Source of the DNA: Paraspadella gotoi
Lineage: Eukaryota; Animalia; Chaetognatha
Reading direction: 5' to 3'
NCBI GenBank assembly: GCA_051294375.1
Contig: CM119265.1
Location: forward strand, 15,990,896-16,054,895
DNA: 64,000 bases
The stretch's first letter is position 1, and every line of letters begins with the position of its first letter. Shown here in pieces: positions 62,258-64,000 of the stretch. Made by a program: the position numbers and the translations under genes. The notes under the pieces are model-generated. The model was given only the letters and a program-made list of their open reading frames with translations. It was not told the DNA's origin and made no database searches.

Positions 62258-64000
62258 AGCGCGAGTGACCGGTCGCGTTTCGTCGTTCGACGATAAGACG
62301 TTGGAGGGTGGTATCGAGAGCGAGTCCACGACGGTTTGGACGACGATCCATTCGCTTAGCCCTAAACCCCGGTGTGTCAAAGAAGGTCTAAAATAAATAC
62401 CTGGTTTCCCGCACGATCGGTACAAGATGAGTCTTTCTAGAACGCGATTTCAAAAGGATTATTAATGAATGAAAATTTGAATTAATTTTACCGCGAATTA
62501 CATAAAATCAAATTTAGTCAAGTTTTTGGCTATATTCTGGTATTGTTGTAGTCGTGGATCTTGATTACCCTGTTCCGCTCGTTAATTCCGCGTTGTTTCA
62601 TTGCGATTGTATCGAAAATAATTAAAAATTTTTATTTGGTAGTTTGATTTTTATACTGGAGGAGTATCGCGTTGCAAGCTTAATAAATTTGTTTTATATA
62701 ATTACTAAATATGCTAAAGACTAATTAATACGTTAATAGATAACAAAAAGGTTCATTATCAATAGCTTTCTTTAAAAAAATATCTTGAGTTATTGTTCTA
62801 AATAGTTTTTAGAAGTAAAAAATTTTAAACCTTTAAAACTTTTGCGATAAATACGTATTATTCACGTACATCGGCATGTTCTCAATGACTAGTCAACCTT
62901 CTTCAAAAATCTTAAAATATCTTTAAAAATGAGTAAACTTGCAAATTGCGATCCAATGCTTAAGGGATCAACAGAATTCTTCTGTGATTCTGTGATTCTT
63001 CTGTGATTTTTTGTTTTACTTTCTGTAATGTGAATTTTGTTCTTTTTTCAAATAATCGAATTCTAGGCTGTGTTGAGAGTTTTTATAATTTAGTTTCTCC
63101 GGCATTAAATGAATTCATTTTTTCCCCCCATTTTTTTTTTAAATAAAAATAATTATGTTTGCATAAGCTTTTTTCAAAGGCATGCGGATTCTAACATACA
63201 TACGTGCCATCGATGAAAAATATAAGCAAACTTGAAAACATGGAGTCGGAAAGATAATGAAAAAAAGAATTCATTCGTATATGCCTTTTTTCTCTGAGAA
63301 ATTCCAAATGAATTTTACGAATTTTTATCTAACTCGAATAAGCACAGGTCCTAAACATAACTTTGCAGACAAAATGTCATATACTTGGATGATTTTATTG
63401 TGCCTTCTGTTAAGGTAGCGAAAGTTAGAAAATTTTAAAATAAAGAAATGTTTTAGACTAGTCAAAAATTGTTTTCCGTCGTAAATACGGCATTTACTAA
63501 AATAGATCCTATCTTTTTACTTTTTTAAAAAACATTTTAAAAGTTGATATATTGAGTAATTATTATTATTATTATATCAGTCTGTATTCAAAACTGATCT
63601 TTGATTTTCTATTCTTCTTGAATTACCCCTAAGAATTAGACCCAACTTTGATATATTTTACTAAAAAAATATAAAACTCACGTAAAAGAAAAGTTTTCAT
63701 AGTAATATGAAAATTTTTCATGGAAGTATGACTAAAAATAGCTTGTTACAAAAACAGCAAGCGGCTTGTTCAGAAAACTGGTGTCATTCATCCAAATTAA
63801 AATTACATTATTTTGTTGTTGCCCTGTTTTCTAATAAATTGATTTATTTGTACCCTTCGTTTTTGCCATGTTCATTATTAATTACTTATAATGCATGCTC
63901 AGCATATGCCAATACATTATGTTACTTGTTAAATTTAATGTTATTGCTTTGATACAGTGATTATGCGGTTCGCAGAGCCAAGATTTAGCTCCATGTTGTC

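Overview
Animal (metazoan, probably invertebrate) nuclear DNA with spliceosomal introns, from an assembly with three short N gaps and indel-rich stretches. Positions 1-12 kb hold decayed LTR retrotransposons (a BEL/Pao gag remnant and a near-complete Ty3/gypsy gag-pol, both minus strand) plus low-complexity DNA. Positions 13.9-32.8 kb hold a multi-exon SLC6 Na+-dependent amino-acid/neurotransmitter transporter with repeat-filled introns. Positions 33.7-52.2 kb are a compact block with tiny introns: RSAD1, AUP1, an LRR-Ig-TM receptor, PFAS (minus) and FIP1L1. A secreted Cys-rich (PLAC-like) precursor and an FN3-TM protein follow. The best unannotated items are a complete 4-exon secreted three-finger (Ly6/uPAR-like) gene nested antisense in an intron of the LRR-Ig gene, a multi-hairpin GC-rich intronic RNA-like element, a minimal hammerhead-ribozyme motif, a tRNA-Gly-like SINE with an internally deleted sister copy, and 11-mer amphipathic repeats in the receptor tail. 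Gene models were built by eye from splice signals and protein motifs; no searches were run.
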